Source of the DNA: an uncultured Planctomycetaceae bacterium
GTDB lineage: Bacteria > Planctomycetota > Planctomycetia > Planctomycetales > Planctomycetaceae
Length of the DNA stretch: 64,000 nucleotides
Assembly: GCA_963815195.1 (NCBI GenBank)
Contig: CAWFGE010000008.1
Span: 416,001 to 480,000 of the forward strand
Reading direction: 5' to 3'
This document shows positions 34,501 through 44,198 of the stretch, piece by piece. Numbering within the stretch: position 1 is the first letter of the stretch; the number at the start of each line of letters is the position of its first letter. The notes beneath the pieces were generated by a model that made no database searches, was not told the origin of the DNA, and saw nothing but the letters and a program-made list of their open reading frames with translations. The position numbers and the translations under genes were made by a program.

Positions 34501-34854
34501 GCATTTAAAGTAGATGTGGAACCGAGATGCATCTCCATCGGGGCCAACCTGAGCCACGGCAATCCGGCCCAAATGTGACCGGAAGAAGTCAATCACCTGT
34601 CGGCGATACGCCATCAACCGGAACTCGGTCACATTCCAGAGTTGGGCTTCTTCCTCTCCGAAATGCCAGATTTCGCCGACGTCCTCGACCATTGCGCTGA
34701 CTCCCAACTCACGCAGCATCTCGGCGAGCAGGATCGCATAGAACGCGACTTGGACCTTATGAAACAGGGCCGGTTGTTGCACGGCTTTCACATCGATGAC
34801 CCGAAAGCGAACGCTACCCTCGTATTGTTCAGCCCGAACTAGGTCGGGCAGCGC

Positions 34855-36228
34855 TGTGGTGGACCCCGAAAACTGGACAGCCCAATAAGGTAGAATTTGC
34901 GATGTTCATTTGTCGCATTGGGAGGTTCCGATTATGACCAGGAAGCGTCGAGTTTTGGGGTCCGCGTTCAAAGCCAAGGTGGCGTTGGCGGCGGTCAAAG
35001 GGGATAGGACGACGGCTCAGTTGGCGTCGGAATTTGGCGTCCACACGAGCCAAGTCACGGCTTGGAAAAAGCAGTTGTTGTCGGGAGCCACTGAGTTGTT
35101 CACGGATGGCCGACGTAAGCGATCCGACGATCAATCGGCCAATGAGCAAGAACTCTATGAACAAATCGGCCGGCTGAAAATGGAAGTCGAGTGGCTCAAA
35201 AAAAAGTCGCTGACGCTGGATTAAGCCACGAGGTTTTGCGGGCATGGATCGAACCGAAGCATTCCACGTTGAGCGTGTCGCGTCAGTGCGATCTGTTGGG
35301 ATTGGCGCGGAGCAGTTGGTACTACGAACCTGGCGGCGAGACCGCGGAAAATTTGGAACTGATGCGGCGAATCGACGAGGAATACACGCGGCATCCGTTT
35401 TATGGTTCTCGCAAGATGGCCGAGTTGTTCGGCGTGAATCGCAAGCGAGTGCAGCGGCTGATGCGGCAGATGGGAATCGAAGCGGTTGGACCGAAACGCC
35501 GCACGACCAAACCGGGGCGCGGACACAAGATTTACCCTTATTTACTGCGGAATGTGGAGGTTCTCCGGCCCAACCAGGTGTGGTCGAGCGACATCACTTA
35601 CATCCCGCTTCGCCACGGGTTTTTGTATCTCGTGGCAGTGATGGACTGGTTCAGTCGCTACGTGTTGAGTTGGCGATTGTCGAACACGTTGGAGGGGAGT
35701 TTTTGCTTGGAGGCGTTGGACGAAGCCTTGTCGATCTCGCGGCCGGAGGTCTTCAACAGCGACCAGGGCAGCCAATTCACGGCGATCAAGTTCACCGAGC
35801 GATTGGAACGATTGAATGTCGCGATCAGTATGGATGGAAAAGGACGGTGCTTGGACAACGTATTCATCGAGCGGCTGTGGCGGAGCGTGAAATACGAAGA
35901 GGTTTACTTGAAGGATTACACGGATGGTTGGGAGGCCGAGAGAAGCCTGCAGAGTTACTTTGAGTTCTATTGTGAGGAACGGATTCATCAGTCGCTGGGT
36001 TATCAAACGCCGGCGATGATCTACGAAGGAAAAGATTGAAGCCTGCACAAAGTGATGGACGAAAAATGAAAACAAGTTTCGCGCAAAACCGGGAGGGAAC
36101 TGGTGAGGTCTCGTCCCGGGCCCCTTGTCATCGGCGGCAGACGACGAGGCCTATGAGGGGCCTCGTCTGCCGCTGACTCACACCACTAAACAACCCCGTT
36201 TGCTGTCCAAAGAATGGGGTCCACCTCA
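34855..36228 (+). mobile_element. IS3-family insertion sequence
   Basis: TG...CA ends with 26-bp imperfect IRs TGTGGTGGACCCCGAAAACTGGACAG / TGAGGTGGACCCCATTCTTTGGACAG. No exact target duplication (flanks CGC / CAC). Confidence 0.92.
34934..36039 (+). CDS. IS3 transposase OrfA/OrfB with a programmed -1 frameshift site
   Basis: OrfA HTH (34934..35224); A8G slippery site 35198-35206; OrfB rve core WSSDITYI, NSDQGSQF and DNVFIERLWRSVKYE. Confidence 0.93.
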
Positions 36229-36690
36229 CACCATCGCAAACTCCACGCCGGACGGTCCTCCCAGCGATTGAAGGAAGCGGGCAGAATCCCTCAAGTGCAA
36301 CTGGAGTTGTGAGGCGTACGTTTCCGCTGTTTCGTGCGCAAGAACGCAGCGGTAGTTTCGGGCGAGAGAACCTTCTCGGGCGACGTCGCGGCCAAAACAG
36401 ACTCGGTGGAAGCCAAGGCGTCAACGACCTGCTTCTCGAAATCGTCCCCTGCCTTGGCCCACTTGTCGCACATCGCATGCTCTTTGCCAGTGACGATGCC
36501 TTTGCGATCTTGCGACGTCATCAGGTTGTAGCGAGCCTGCCGATCGCAGCGGTATTGGAAGAAATATTTGACGGTGGTTGCTGATAGGCGCAGCACAATT
36601 ATGACCCCTGCGAACGCCCGAAATCGAGCGTTGAAATACCCAAAGCAGTCTGATGAGGTCTGCTATGCTAGCCGAAAGCGATAGACGTGA

Positions 36691-36915
36691 CTAGGAATCC
36701 AGTTGCGGGCAAATTCCGGATTCTCGGGTCACTCTTTGGCAATTTGATTCTGTTGGCGCGCGATATGGAGATTCGTCCGCAAATGTCGTAGACGATGTTT
36801 TCAGCAATTCTGGCCGCCTGAATACACCTCCACGGAGCAGATATGTGCTTTGCAAGAACGGACCCAAATGCCAGAGTTGCATATCCTAAGTAAAGGGTTG
36901 GCGAAGCCGTGTCAT
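36691..36915 (-). pseudogene. Possible decayed N-terminus of a tyrosine integrase
   Basis: RBS CAGGAG followed by MTRLRQPFT*DMQLWHLGPFLQSTYL...FRRPELL, resembling the MTxLRxRMxEDMQLRxLSxxTQxxY start of integrase SAM-like domains; in-frame stop at codon 10. Confidence 0.4.
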
Positions 36916-37292
36916 GGGTTCTCCTGTGAAAGAGAGCAGAAACCCTGAAGTCGCCGAAAACTCCGCCCGCCCAACCCAGACCGATTTGTAAATGGTTCGC
37001 ACTCATTCCTTTAGGACAAAAAGCTCGAATCACACACGCGACAAATTCCAGAATTGTCTCTGCCTCATATCTTTCGCATTTATCCGTCATGCCGTGCGCG
37101 AGTTGGGCGACGAAAGTTCTGCGGAGTGGGGGTTCGCATGACGGAAAGATGAAGGTTGAGTTAAGCGGTGGGTCATGCCTGCACTGGTGTGGCGGGAATT
37201 CGTGTGACAATCGCTGAGCGGAACGCAAAGGAAACATTTGGCGAAGAGCAGACCGCCCAAATTAAATTGGCCAATTCCGGACATACCCGCCA

Positions 37293-37600
37293 TGTCTCGC
37301 GCTCATAAAACGCGGCCCAGAAAGTTCGAATCTTTTCCCCTCAGCGAACAAATTCTCGAAACTTTTGTCTCTCCCCCATAACAGGAGGGTCAGTTCTCTC
37401 CCAAAATCGAGAGACTTTCCAAACAGACTTCGACCCCGCGCGAACCGCGTGTCTCTATTTGCAAACACGAGAGACAATCCGCCACGGGCGTACACCGCAA
37501 GTTCTTACGCGAACTTGGGATAAGTTCGGCAATTTGCGATTGTCTCTGCCCCAAAAAGAAATAACCCCTGGGTCACGAATTTCGTAAACCAGGGGTTCAG

Positions 37601-37603
<3 letters not shown>
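37293..37603. repeat. Putative island end adjoining the tRNA 3' end, homologous to 22655-22987
   Basis: CCAGGGGTTCAGTGG (37589-37603), AACTTGGGATAAGTT (37512-37526), TGTCTC motifs, and hairpin AACCCCTGG...CCAGGGGTT. Confidence 0.75.
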
Positions 37604-37674
<71 letters not shown>

Positions 37675-38211
37675 GCATAGGGGAGGGATTTTTCCCTCCG
37701 CGTAGGGGAATGTTATCGGCGATCGGGTTTGATGACAACCATCAAAAGTGAGATTTTTCCGCTCACGCGATGCTTCCGCAAAGGAAGTTGCGGACAGGCA
37801 AATTGGTACGTGCCGATTGTGCCTCGCTTTCAACAATGAGTCGCGGACTATTCGCGAAGCTCGTCGAGTTCGCCGAGAAATCCCCGTTGGTGGCTCGCTT
37901 TCAAGAATGAGTCGCGGACTGAGGGAGTTTTGCGGGACACGGGAATTTGATAATTTCTCAAGCTGAAAGCGCCAAATACTTTGAACCGCGGATTGCGCGG
38001 AGTTTCGCGGAAAGGAAAATGGAGCGACGCCTCAACGGGCCACGCTTTTGTCGACAAGCGGCGGTAAAATTCGCTCGTTTTACCAGCAGCTCTCCGCGTT
38101 ATCCGGCGTCCGAGTCATTGTCGGCTTACTGTTTGACTTGAGATTCGATGTTGCAATCGTTGATGCCGGGGTTTGTTGTTTGGGTCAGCGGTGCTCGGCC
38201 GGTCGACGGCT

Positions 38212-39255
38212 TCAGGCACAGACGGGGTTGGGCTCGTCGATTTGGGGCGGGCGGCCGGGGAGGTCTTGGGCGTACCATTCGTTGAGGATGGTCCCCCAAT
38301 CTTCGGGAGTTTGGACTTTGATGAAGGCATCGCGGAGCGAGACGGGCTCTGGGTGGAGTTGGCCGTATCGGATGCCGAATTTCCGCATGTGCCGGGGTCC
38401 GCGGACGGGGCCGTAGTGTTCGAGGGCCAATCGAAAATGCTCGGCGAGGACTTCGCGCTGGTCGTGGAGGCTGGGATAGACGATGGGCAAACCGTCGGCG
38501 AGGGCTTGGGCCTGGCGGAAGACCCAGGGGTTGCCGATGGCACCGCGGGCGACGGTCACGCCGTCGACGCCGGTGTATTTCATCATCTCCACGCAGGCGG
38601 TCGCATCGAACAGATCGCCGCTGCCCAGGACCGTATGCGAACCGGCCCGCGATTTGATCTCGCGGAGCGTCTCCCAATTGCTGGGGCCGTCGTAGCGCTG
38701 GGTCACGGTGCGGCCGTGGACGGTCATCGCCGCGACGCCCAAGGACCACGCGGCATCGAAGATCTCGAAGAAGTGGTCGCGGCTTTCCGGCGTGTCGTCA
38801 ATGCCTCGCCGCATCTTGACGGTGACGGGAATTTCCGGCGGGACGTGCTCGCGAACGCGGGCGATGATTTCGATGGCGGTGTCCGGCTGGCCGAGATGAA
38901 ACCCGCCCCGGCAGCGGCCCAGGACTTTTTTCACGGGGCAGCCGAAGTTGATGTCGATGACATCGAAGCCGGCTTCGACGAGTTTGACGGCCGCCGGCCC
39001 GAACAGCTCGGGGTCGGCCCCCATCAACTGGCCGCCGACGGGATGTTCCTCATCGCCGACGCGGATCAAGTGCCGATTCTTGCGGCTCTTTTTGACTTCC
39101 ACGAGGAACTTGTCGAGCAGCACCTCGCAGAGCGTGTACGGGGCGCCGAGCCGGCGGGCGATGACCCGCATCGGCCAATCGCTATAACCGCTGAGGGCCG
39201 CCTGCACAAACGGCGACTCCAACCGGATCGGGCCGATCTGTAGCTGTGATGGCAT
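38212..39255 (-). CDS. tRNA-dihydrouridine synthase (DusB-like)
   Basis: IDINFGCPVKKV, VTVKMRRG, TVHGRT and VARGAIGNPW. Confidence 0.92.
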   Translation of the reverse strand: MPSQLQIGPIRLESPFVQAALSGYSDWPMRVIARRLGAPYTLCEVLLDKFLVEVKKSRKNRHLIRVGDEEHPVGGQLMGADPELFGPAAVKLVEAGFDVIDINFGCPVKKVLGRCRGGFHLGQPDTAIEIIARVREHVPPEIPVTVKMRRGIDDTPESRDHFFEIFDAAWSLGVAAMTVHGRTVTQRYDGPSNWETLREIKSRAGSHTVLGSGDLFDATACVEMMKYTGVDGVTVARGAIGNPWVFRQAQALADGLPIVYPSLHDQREVLAEHFRLALEHYGPVRGPRHMRKFGIRYGQLHPEPVSLRDAFIKVQTPEDWGTILNEWYAQDLPGRPPQIDEPNPVCA

Positions 39256-39540
39256 AGAGCTTTTGTCGATAAGGACTGATGGCGAAGCGGCGTGGATGAT
39301 TGACCGCCCCACGCCGTGGTGGGGGAATCTCCGGATTGTCCTGCGCCGAAGCGTCCGCCTACAGTGGAAAGTTGGGGAAGGTTTTCTTCAGTTTATGTTT
39401 GGGGGCCAAGGATTCGCAAGAAGAGCCGGTTCGGGGGACGGATCGCCGTCGCTGGTCAGCCTCGGTTTGATATACTTAAGGGAAGCGAACCGAGTATCAG
39501 GGGGACCGATTAAGAACCAGTGCGAATGACACCATTCGGT

Positions 39541-39578
39541 CCCCTTACCCTGACCCTCTCCCCTAAGGGGAAAGGGGA
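39541..39578 (+). repeat. REP-like palindrome (CCCCTnACCCTnACCCTCTCCCC...GGGGAnAGGGG type)
   Basis: A related copy lies in inverse orientation at 42236-42273. Confidence 0.75.
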
Positions 39579-39611
39579 CCCGATGGTGTTGCAAGAGGAA
39601 TCCGCATCGGA

Positions 39612-40778
39612 ATGGCGAGTTGGAAAAAGAATCTTTCCCGCAGATTTCGCGGCTCGATTTACCGGCTGGAGCGCGGAATCGACCGCTGGAAGCACGGCAT
39701 CAAACATCGGCTGGGCTGGGTCGAGCCGGTGTGCATCCTGCCTTACCGCGGTTTCGGAACGCCCGAGTCGTTGTCGCTCCGCGGCCGGGTGCTCGAGGAC
39801 AAAGGGATCGGCAGCCCCAAGGTCAACGACTCCTGGTGGACCAACCTGTGCAACATGTATCGCCGGTTCGACAGCGATGAGATTCCCGGCGCCCGCATTC
39901 GCGCGACGTATCACGAGCAGACGCAAGAAACGGAGACGGACGAAGAGGGATATTTTGAGGTGCATTTCGAGCCTCTGGTTCCGCCCCACCCGGCAACGCT
40001 TTGGCACGATGTGCGTGTGGAACTCTTGGACGAAATCGTGCCCGGCCAGACCGGGGTGACGGCGACGGGGCAGGTGCTCGTGCCTCCGATCGATGCCCGG
40101 TTCGGCGTGATCAGCGACATGGACGACACGGTGCTCGAAACGCATGCCACGAGCTTTTGGCGAATGGCGAAGCTGACGTTCCTCCGCAACGCGCGGACGC
40201 GGATGCCTTTCCAAGGCGTGGGCGAGTTTTACCGGGCTCTGCAGCGCGGGCCGTCGGGCCGAAATCACAATCCGATCTTTTACGTCTCCAGCAGCGCCTG
40301 GAACATCTACGATCTGCTCGTGGATTTCTTGGAGATCAACGAAATCCCGGCCGGCCCTTTGCTGCTCAGGGATTTGCGCCTCGGCAAAAATTCTGAAAGC
40401 AATTTTTCGCACGAGCATAAGCTCGATAAAATCGAACGCATCTTAGAAACCTATCCCGATTTGCCTTTCGTGTTGATCGGAGATTCGGGGCAGGACGACC
40501 CGAAGATCTATCGGCAGGCCGTTTTGGATTTTCCCGGACGGATTGCCGCCATCTACATCCGCGACATCGTGCCCGCGCATCAAACGCAGGTGGAAGACAT
40601 CGCCAGGGAAGTCGAAGAGCACGGCGTGGATATGCTCCTGGTTCAAAACACCGCGGTGGCGGCGGTGCACGCGGCGGAGAAAGGCTTGATCGTTCCCGCC
40701 GTCGTTCCCAACATCCGCCGCGAAACCGAGATCGACCACGACGACAAGCCCTCCACCGGCCGGTTGGCTCCCGTGTGA
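39612..40778 (+). CDS. App1-family phosphatidate phosphatase (DUF2183)
   Basis: GVISDMDDTV, FYVSSSAWN, GPLLLRD, FVLIGDSGQDDP and AIYIRD. Confidence 0.88.
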   Translation: MASWKKNLSRRFRGSIYRLERGIDRWKHGIKHRLGWVEPVCILPYRGFGTPESLSLRGRVLEDKGIGSPKVNDSWWTNLCNMYRRFDSDEIPGARIRATYHEQTQETETDEEGYFEVHFEPLVPPHPATLWHDVRVELLDEIVPGQTGVTATGQVLVPPIDARFGVISDMDDTVLETHATSFWRMAKLTFLRNARTRMPFQGVGEFYRALQRGPSGRNHNPIFYVSSSAWNIYDLLVDFLEINEIPAGPLLLRDLRLGKNSESNFSHEHKLDKIERILETYPDLPFVLIGDSGQDDPKIYRQAVLDFPGRIAAIYIRDIVPAHQTQVEDIAREVEEHGVDMLLVQNTAVAAVHAAEKGLIVPAVVPNIRRETEIDHDDKPSTGRLAPV

Positions 40779-40868
40779 GGCTTACCGTTCGTAGTCACTT
40801 GGCTTTTAACATCAGTCGAGAATGACAGCCTTCATTTTTGATGACGCGTGATATTGTTGCCCTGTCTT

Positions 40869-41094
40869 AGCCGCGTAGCGGCGGTAGCACTTAGCTGCAG
40901 GCGTCAGCCTGCAGATCCGAAATCCAAAAAGTCCCATGAGCCGCGAAGCGGCGACAGCAATTTTCGAAGAAGAAGAACAAACCCCCGCGTTATGATCGAT
41001 TGACTGCTGGCGCCGCTACGCGGCTTTCGATCTTTTTGATAACTTTCTCTGCGGGCTGACGCCCGCAGCTATATGCTGGCGCCGCTTCGCGGCT
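40869..41094. repeat. Composite REP/MITE-like palindromic element
   Basis: Four AGCCGCG(T/A)AGCGGCG half-sites in nested inverted arrangement plus two CTGCnGGCnTnAnnCCnGCAG hairpins. Confidence 0.75.
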
Positions 41095-41193
41095 ATTCCA
41101 TCACAGCGCGACTGTTTGATTTCCATGGGTCGGAGCCCAAAATCGTTTTCACCTGCCGCTCATCATTACAAATTGAAATTGATATCGACTTCA

Positions 41194-42219
41194 ATGACTC
41201 GCAAATTCCCTGTCAAAGTGATTGCGTCGCACAACGGCCTGGCCGCGACGCGGACGGCGTTTGAACTATTGCAGGCCGGGCGGGACACGCTCGATGCCGC
41301 GGTCGCCGGTGTCGTGTTGGTCGAGGATGATCCCGACGACACCTCCGTGGGCTACGGCGGCTTGCCCAACGAAGACGGCATCGTCGAGTTGGACGCCGCG
41401 GTGATGCACGGGCCGACGCATCGGGCCGGTTCGGTGGCGGCTCTGCAGAACATTCGGCATCCGTCCCGCGTGGCCCAGTTGGTGATGACGCGCTCGGACC
41501 ATGTGTGCCTCGTCGGGGATGGGGCCCTCAAGTTCGCCCGGGCCCACGGCTTCGCGGAGGAAAACCTGCTCACGGAGAAAGCCCGAAAGATTTGGCTGTA
41601 TTGGAAGGAGACGCTTTCGAGCCGGGACGATTGGCTCCCGCCGCCCGTGGAGGACATCGACGAGGATGTGGCGAAGTTTTTCAAGCTGGACACAAAACCG
41701 ATGACGCCGGAAGAAAAAGCCTTCGAGGAGACGAAGTTGCCTGGCCAAGAATTCCAGCGGCCCACGGGGACGGTGCATGTGTCGGCGATGAATGCCGGGG
41801 GCGACATTTCGTGCGTGACGAGCACCAGCGGCCTGGCGTTCAAACGGCCGGGGCGGGTCGGCGACAGCCCGATTCTGGGAGCGGGACTCTATGTGGATAA
41901 CGAAGTCGGATCCTGCGGCAGCACGGGGCGGGGCGAAGCGAACTTGCTGGAGGTCAGCAGCTTCGCCGCGGTGGAACTGATGCGCAGCGGCCGATCGCCC
42001 GCCGATGCCGGCCTGGAAGTTTTAAAGCGGATCGCGAAGCACACCGAACCCCGCCTGCGGAACGAGGCCGGCCAGCCGGACTTCGGGTTGAAGCTTTATC
42101 TCTTGGCCAAAGACGGCCGGCATGCGGGGGTGTCCCTTTGGGGACCTGCCGATTTCGCCGTCACCGACGAAGCCGGCACCCGCTTGGAATCCTGCCAGTG
42201 TCTCTTTGAACGCGAATGA
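41194..42219 (+). CDS. N(4)-(beta-N-acetylglucosaminyl)-L-asparaginase / isoaspartyl peptidase (Ntn hydrolase)
   Basis: SVGYGGLPN, ELDAAVM, GTVH (Thr nucleophile), STSGLAFKRPGRVGDSP and STGRGE. Confidence 0.9.
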   Translation: MTRKFPVKVIASHNGLAATRTAFELLQAGRDTLDAAVAGVVLVEDDPDDTSVGYGGLPNEDGIVELDAAVMHGPTHRAGSVAALQNIRHPSRVAQLVMTRSDHVCLVGDGALKFARAHGFAEENLLTEKARKIWLYWKETLSSRDDWLPPPVEDIDEDVAKFFKLDTKPMTPEEKAFEETKLPGQEFQRPTGTVHVSAMNAGGDISCVTSTSGLAFKRPGRVGDSPILGAGLYVDNEVGSCGSTGRGEANLLEVSSFAAVELMRSGRSPADAGLEVLKRIAKHTEPRLRNEAGQPDFGLKLYLLAKDGRHAGVSLWGPADFAVTDEAGTRLESCQCLFERE

Positions 42220-42305
42220 TTCTCATCTGGATTTGTCCCCTCTCCCCTTGGGGGAGAGGGTTAGGGTGAGGGGCCGGACGCAGAAACGCTTACGAACGCC
42301 CCTAC

Positions 42306-42522
42306 GATCCCGCGTCACGCTTTGCGGACGGGTGGCTGGGGCGCGAAAGAAAGTCCCGAAGACAACCGGGTTTTGAAGTCTGGGGCCGTGTGACAGTTTT
42401 CTAGCTCGTCCATCGCCCCAGTACTCGCAACGAAAGCCTGGCTCAGAAGGAAATTTGCGCCCCAGCCACCCCAACGGTTTGAGTTACACGCTCCGTTTGG
42501 ATCCCGCGTCACGCTTTGCGGA
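42306..42522. repeat. 23-bp direct repeats flanking a REP-like inverted-repeat element
   Basis: GATCCCGCGTCACGCTTTGCGGA at 42306-42328 and 42500-42522, with GGGTGGCTGGGGCGC ... GCGCCCCAGCCACCC between them. Confidence 0.85.
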
Positions 42523-43828
42523 TTTTTTCGCGGCCGTCTTGGACGTTTTTGGTTGCGTTTCTGGTGTCCACCACCAGCCGGGCGTGCTTGACGATCGTGT
42601 CGTAATCGTAGGCGGTGTGGTCCGTGGCGATCAACACGCAATCCTGCTCGGCGAGGAACTCCGGCGTGAGTTCCCGGCTGGACAGGTCCGGGACGACGTG
42701 ATGCCTCATCTTGGGCAGCTTAGGGATGTGCGGGTCGTTATAGCTGATGTTGGCACCGCGCTCCTGCAATAGTTCCATGAGCACGAACGACGGGCTTTCG
42801 CGGGGATCGTCCACATCCTTTTTGTAAGCCATGCCCAGAATGCAGATCTTGCTGCCTTTGATCGGCTTGCCTTCATCGTTCAGAAACTCGGCGACGCGGC
42901 GGATGACGTACTCGGGCATGCGGGAATTGACTTCCCCCGCCAGTTCGATAAACCGCGTCGCGAGGCCTTGCTTTCGCGCGAGCCAGGTGAGGTAAAACGG
43001 ATCGATCGGAATGCAGTGCCCGCCCAGGCCCGGCCCCGGATAAAACGCCTGGAACCCGAACGGCTTCGTCTTGGCGGCGTCGATCACTTCCCACACATCG
43101 AGGCCCATGCGGTCGAAGAGCAGTTTGAGTTCGTTGACCAAGGCGATGTTCACGGCACGGTAGGTGTTTTCGAGAATCTTGCAGGCCTCGGCCACTTCGG
43201 GGCTGGAAACGGGGATGACCTGCACGATGGCGTGCCGATAGAGAGCCGCCGCGAGTTCGCCGCTTTCCGGGTCGATCCCGCCGACGACTTTGGGGATCCC
43301 GGAGGCGGTGAAGTCGGGGTTGCCGGGGTCTTCGCGTTCGGGGCTGTAGGCCAGGTAAAAATCCTGGCCGACTTTGAGGCCGCTCGTTTCGAGAATCGGC
43401 AGCACCACGTCGCGCGTGGTGGAGGGATAGGTCGTGCTTTCCAGGATCACGAGTTGCCCGGGCCGGAGCGTTTTCGCGATCGCCCGCGCTGTCCCTTCGA
43501 CGTATTGCAAATCCGGGTCCCGGCTGTCGGTCAGCGGCGTGGGCACGCACACCAAGAGCACGTCCGCCTCGCCCAAGCGGGACATGTCGGCCGTGGGTTC
43601 CAACTCCTTTTTCTCGATCCAATTGGCGACGGTGGCGGAATGGATGTGCTTGATGTAGCTGCGGCCGGCGGCGAGGGCGTCGACCTTCGCCTGGTCCACA
43701 TCAAATCCCATGCAGCGAAACCCGGCCTGCGTGAAAGCGTGAATCAAAGGCAATCCCACATAGCCCAGCCCGATCACTCCGACCACGGCGGTCTTGTCCG
43801 CAATGGCTTTCGCCAGATCCTGCCCCAT
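42509..43828 (-). CDS. Nucleotide-sugar dehydrogenase (UDP-GlcNAc/ManNAc 6-dehydrogenase type)
   Basis: GLGYVGLP, CVPTP, ESTTYP, SPEREDPG, KILENTYRAVNIALVNE, GGHCIPIDP and AYKKDVDDPRESP; start MGQDL. Confidence 0.93.
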   Translation of the reverse strand: MGQDLAKAIADKTAVVGVIGLGYVGLPLIHAFTQAGFRCMGFDVDQAKVDALAAGRSYIKHIHSATVANWIEKKELEPTADMSRLGEADVLLVCVPTPLTDSRDPDLQYVEGTARAIAKTLRPGQLVILESTTYPSTTRDVVLPILETSGLKVGQDFYLAYSPEREDPGNPDFTASGIPKVVGGIDPESGELAAALYRHAIVQVIPVSSPEVAEACKILENTYRAVNIALVNELKLLFDRMGLDVWEVIDAAKTKPFGFQAFYPGPGLGGHCIPIDPFYLTWLARKQGLATRFIELAGEVNSRMPEYVIRRVAEFLNDEGKPIKGSKICILGMAYKKDVDDPRESPSFVLMELLQERGANISYNDPHIPKLPKMRHHVVPDLSSRELTPEFLAEQDCVLIATDHTAYDYDTIVKHARLVVDTRNATKNVQDGREKIRKA

Positions 43829-43984
43829 GATGTATTTCCTGAAACTGTGCGTTACGTGAAAACCACCATTTTTAACGCAAAGGCGCAACGAACGCAAAGA
43901 TTGGCAAAGGGAGAGAGGAATATCTTGGGACTCTGCTCTAATTGTTTTCGCCCCAGCCCCCGCAACGGAGGAACCTCTTACCTC

Positions 43985-44195
43985 TTTACGCCGAAGGCGT
44001 TCGATAACAAAGCCCAGGGTCAGCGGCGCAGCCGCGCCGCCCTGGGTTGTCGTTTGAGAAACTCTGATTCTTACGCCGAAGGCGTTAGACAAAATGGTTG
44101 TGTAACGCCTTCGGCGTATTGCCTTGACGGAATACCTCCGACCCAGCGTGCGCTTCGCGACTCTGGGCTTTGGGATTTAACCGCTTCGCGGTAAA
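43985..44195. repeat. REP-like composite palindrome (TACGCCGAAGGCGT / CCCAGGG type)
   Basis: TACGCCGAAGGCGTT occurs twice with its inverse AACGCCTTCGGCGTA; AAAGCCCAG...CTGGGCTTT outer arms. Confidence 0.72.
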
Positions 44196-44198
44196 AGC

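Larger units (their letters stand above)
32923..36596 (-). pseudogene. RecB/Cas4-like PD-(D/E)xK nuclease with Cys cluster, HhH motif and a long C-terminal region; IS3-interrupted
   Basis: MLRLSATTVKYFFQYRCDRQ...GDDFE; across the IS3, LPDLVR...VIDVKA...HKVQVAFY, CEQCNYLSHC and ISAIPGMS. Indels near 36335, 33760 and 33660. The stop overlaps the next start (GTGA). Confidence 0.78.

Noticed and set aside
32923..36596. Cas4 of a CRISPR system
   Set aside because: The Fe-S PD-(D/E)xK motif is shared with RecB/AddB/Dna2-type nucleases; the protein is far larger than Cas4 and no cas1, cas2 or array is nearby.
36668..37495. ORFs 36668..37237, 37087..37293 and 37262..37495 as genes
   Set aside because: No motifs, atypical composition, and they overlap the motif-rich island end.
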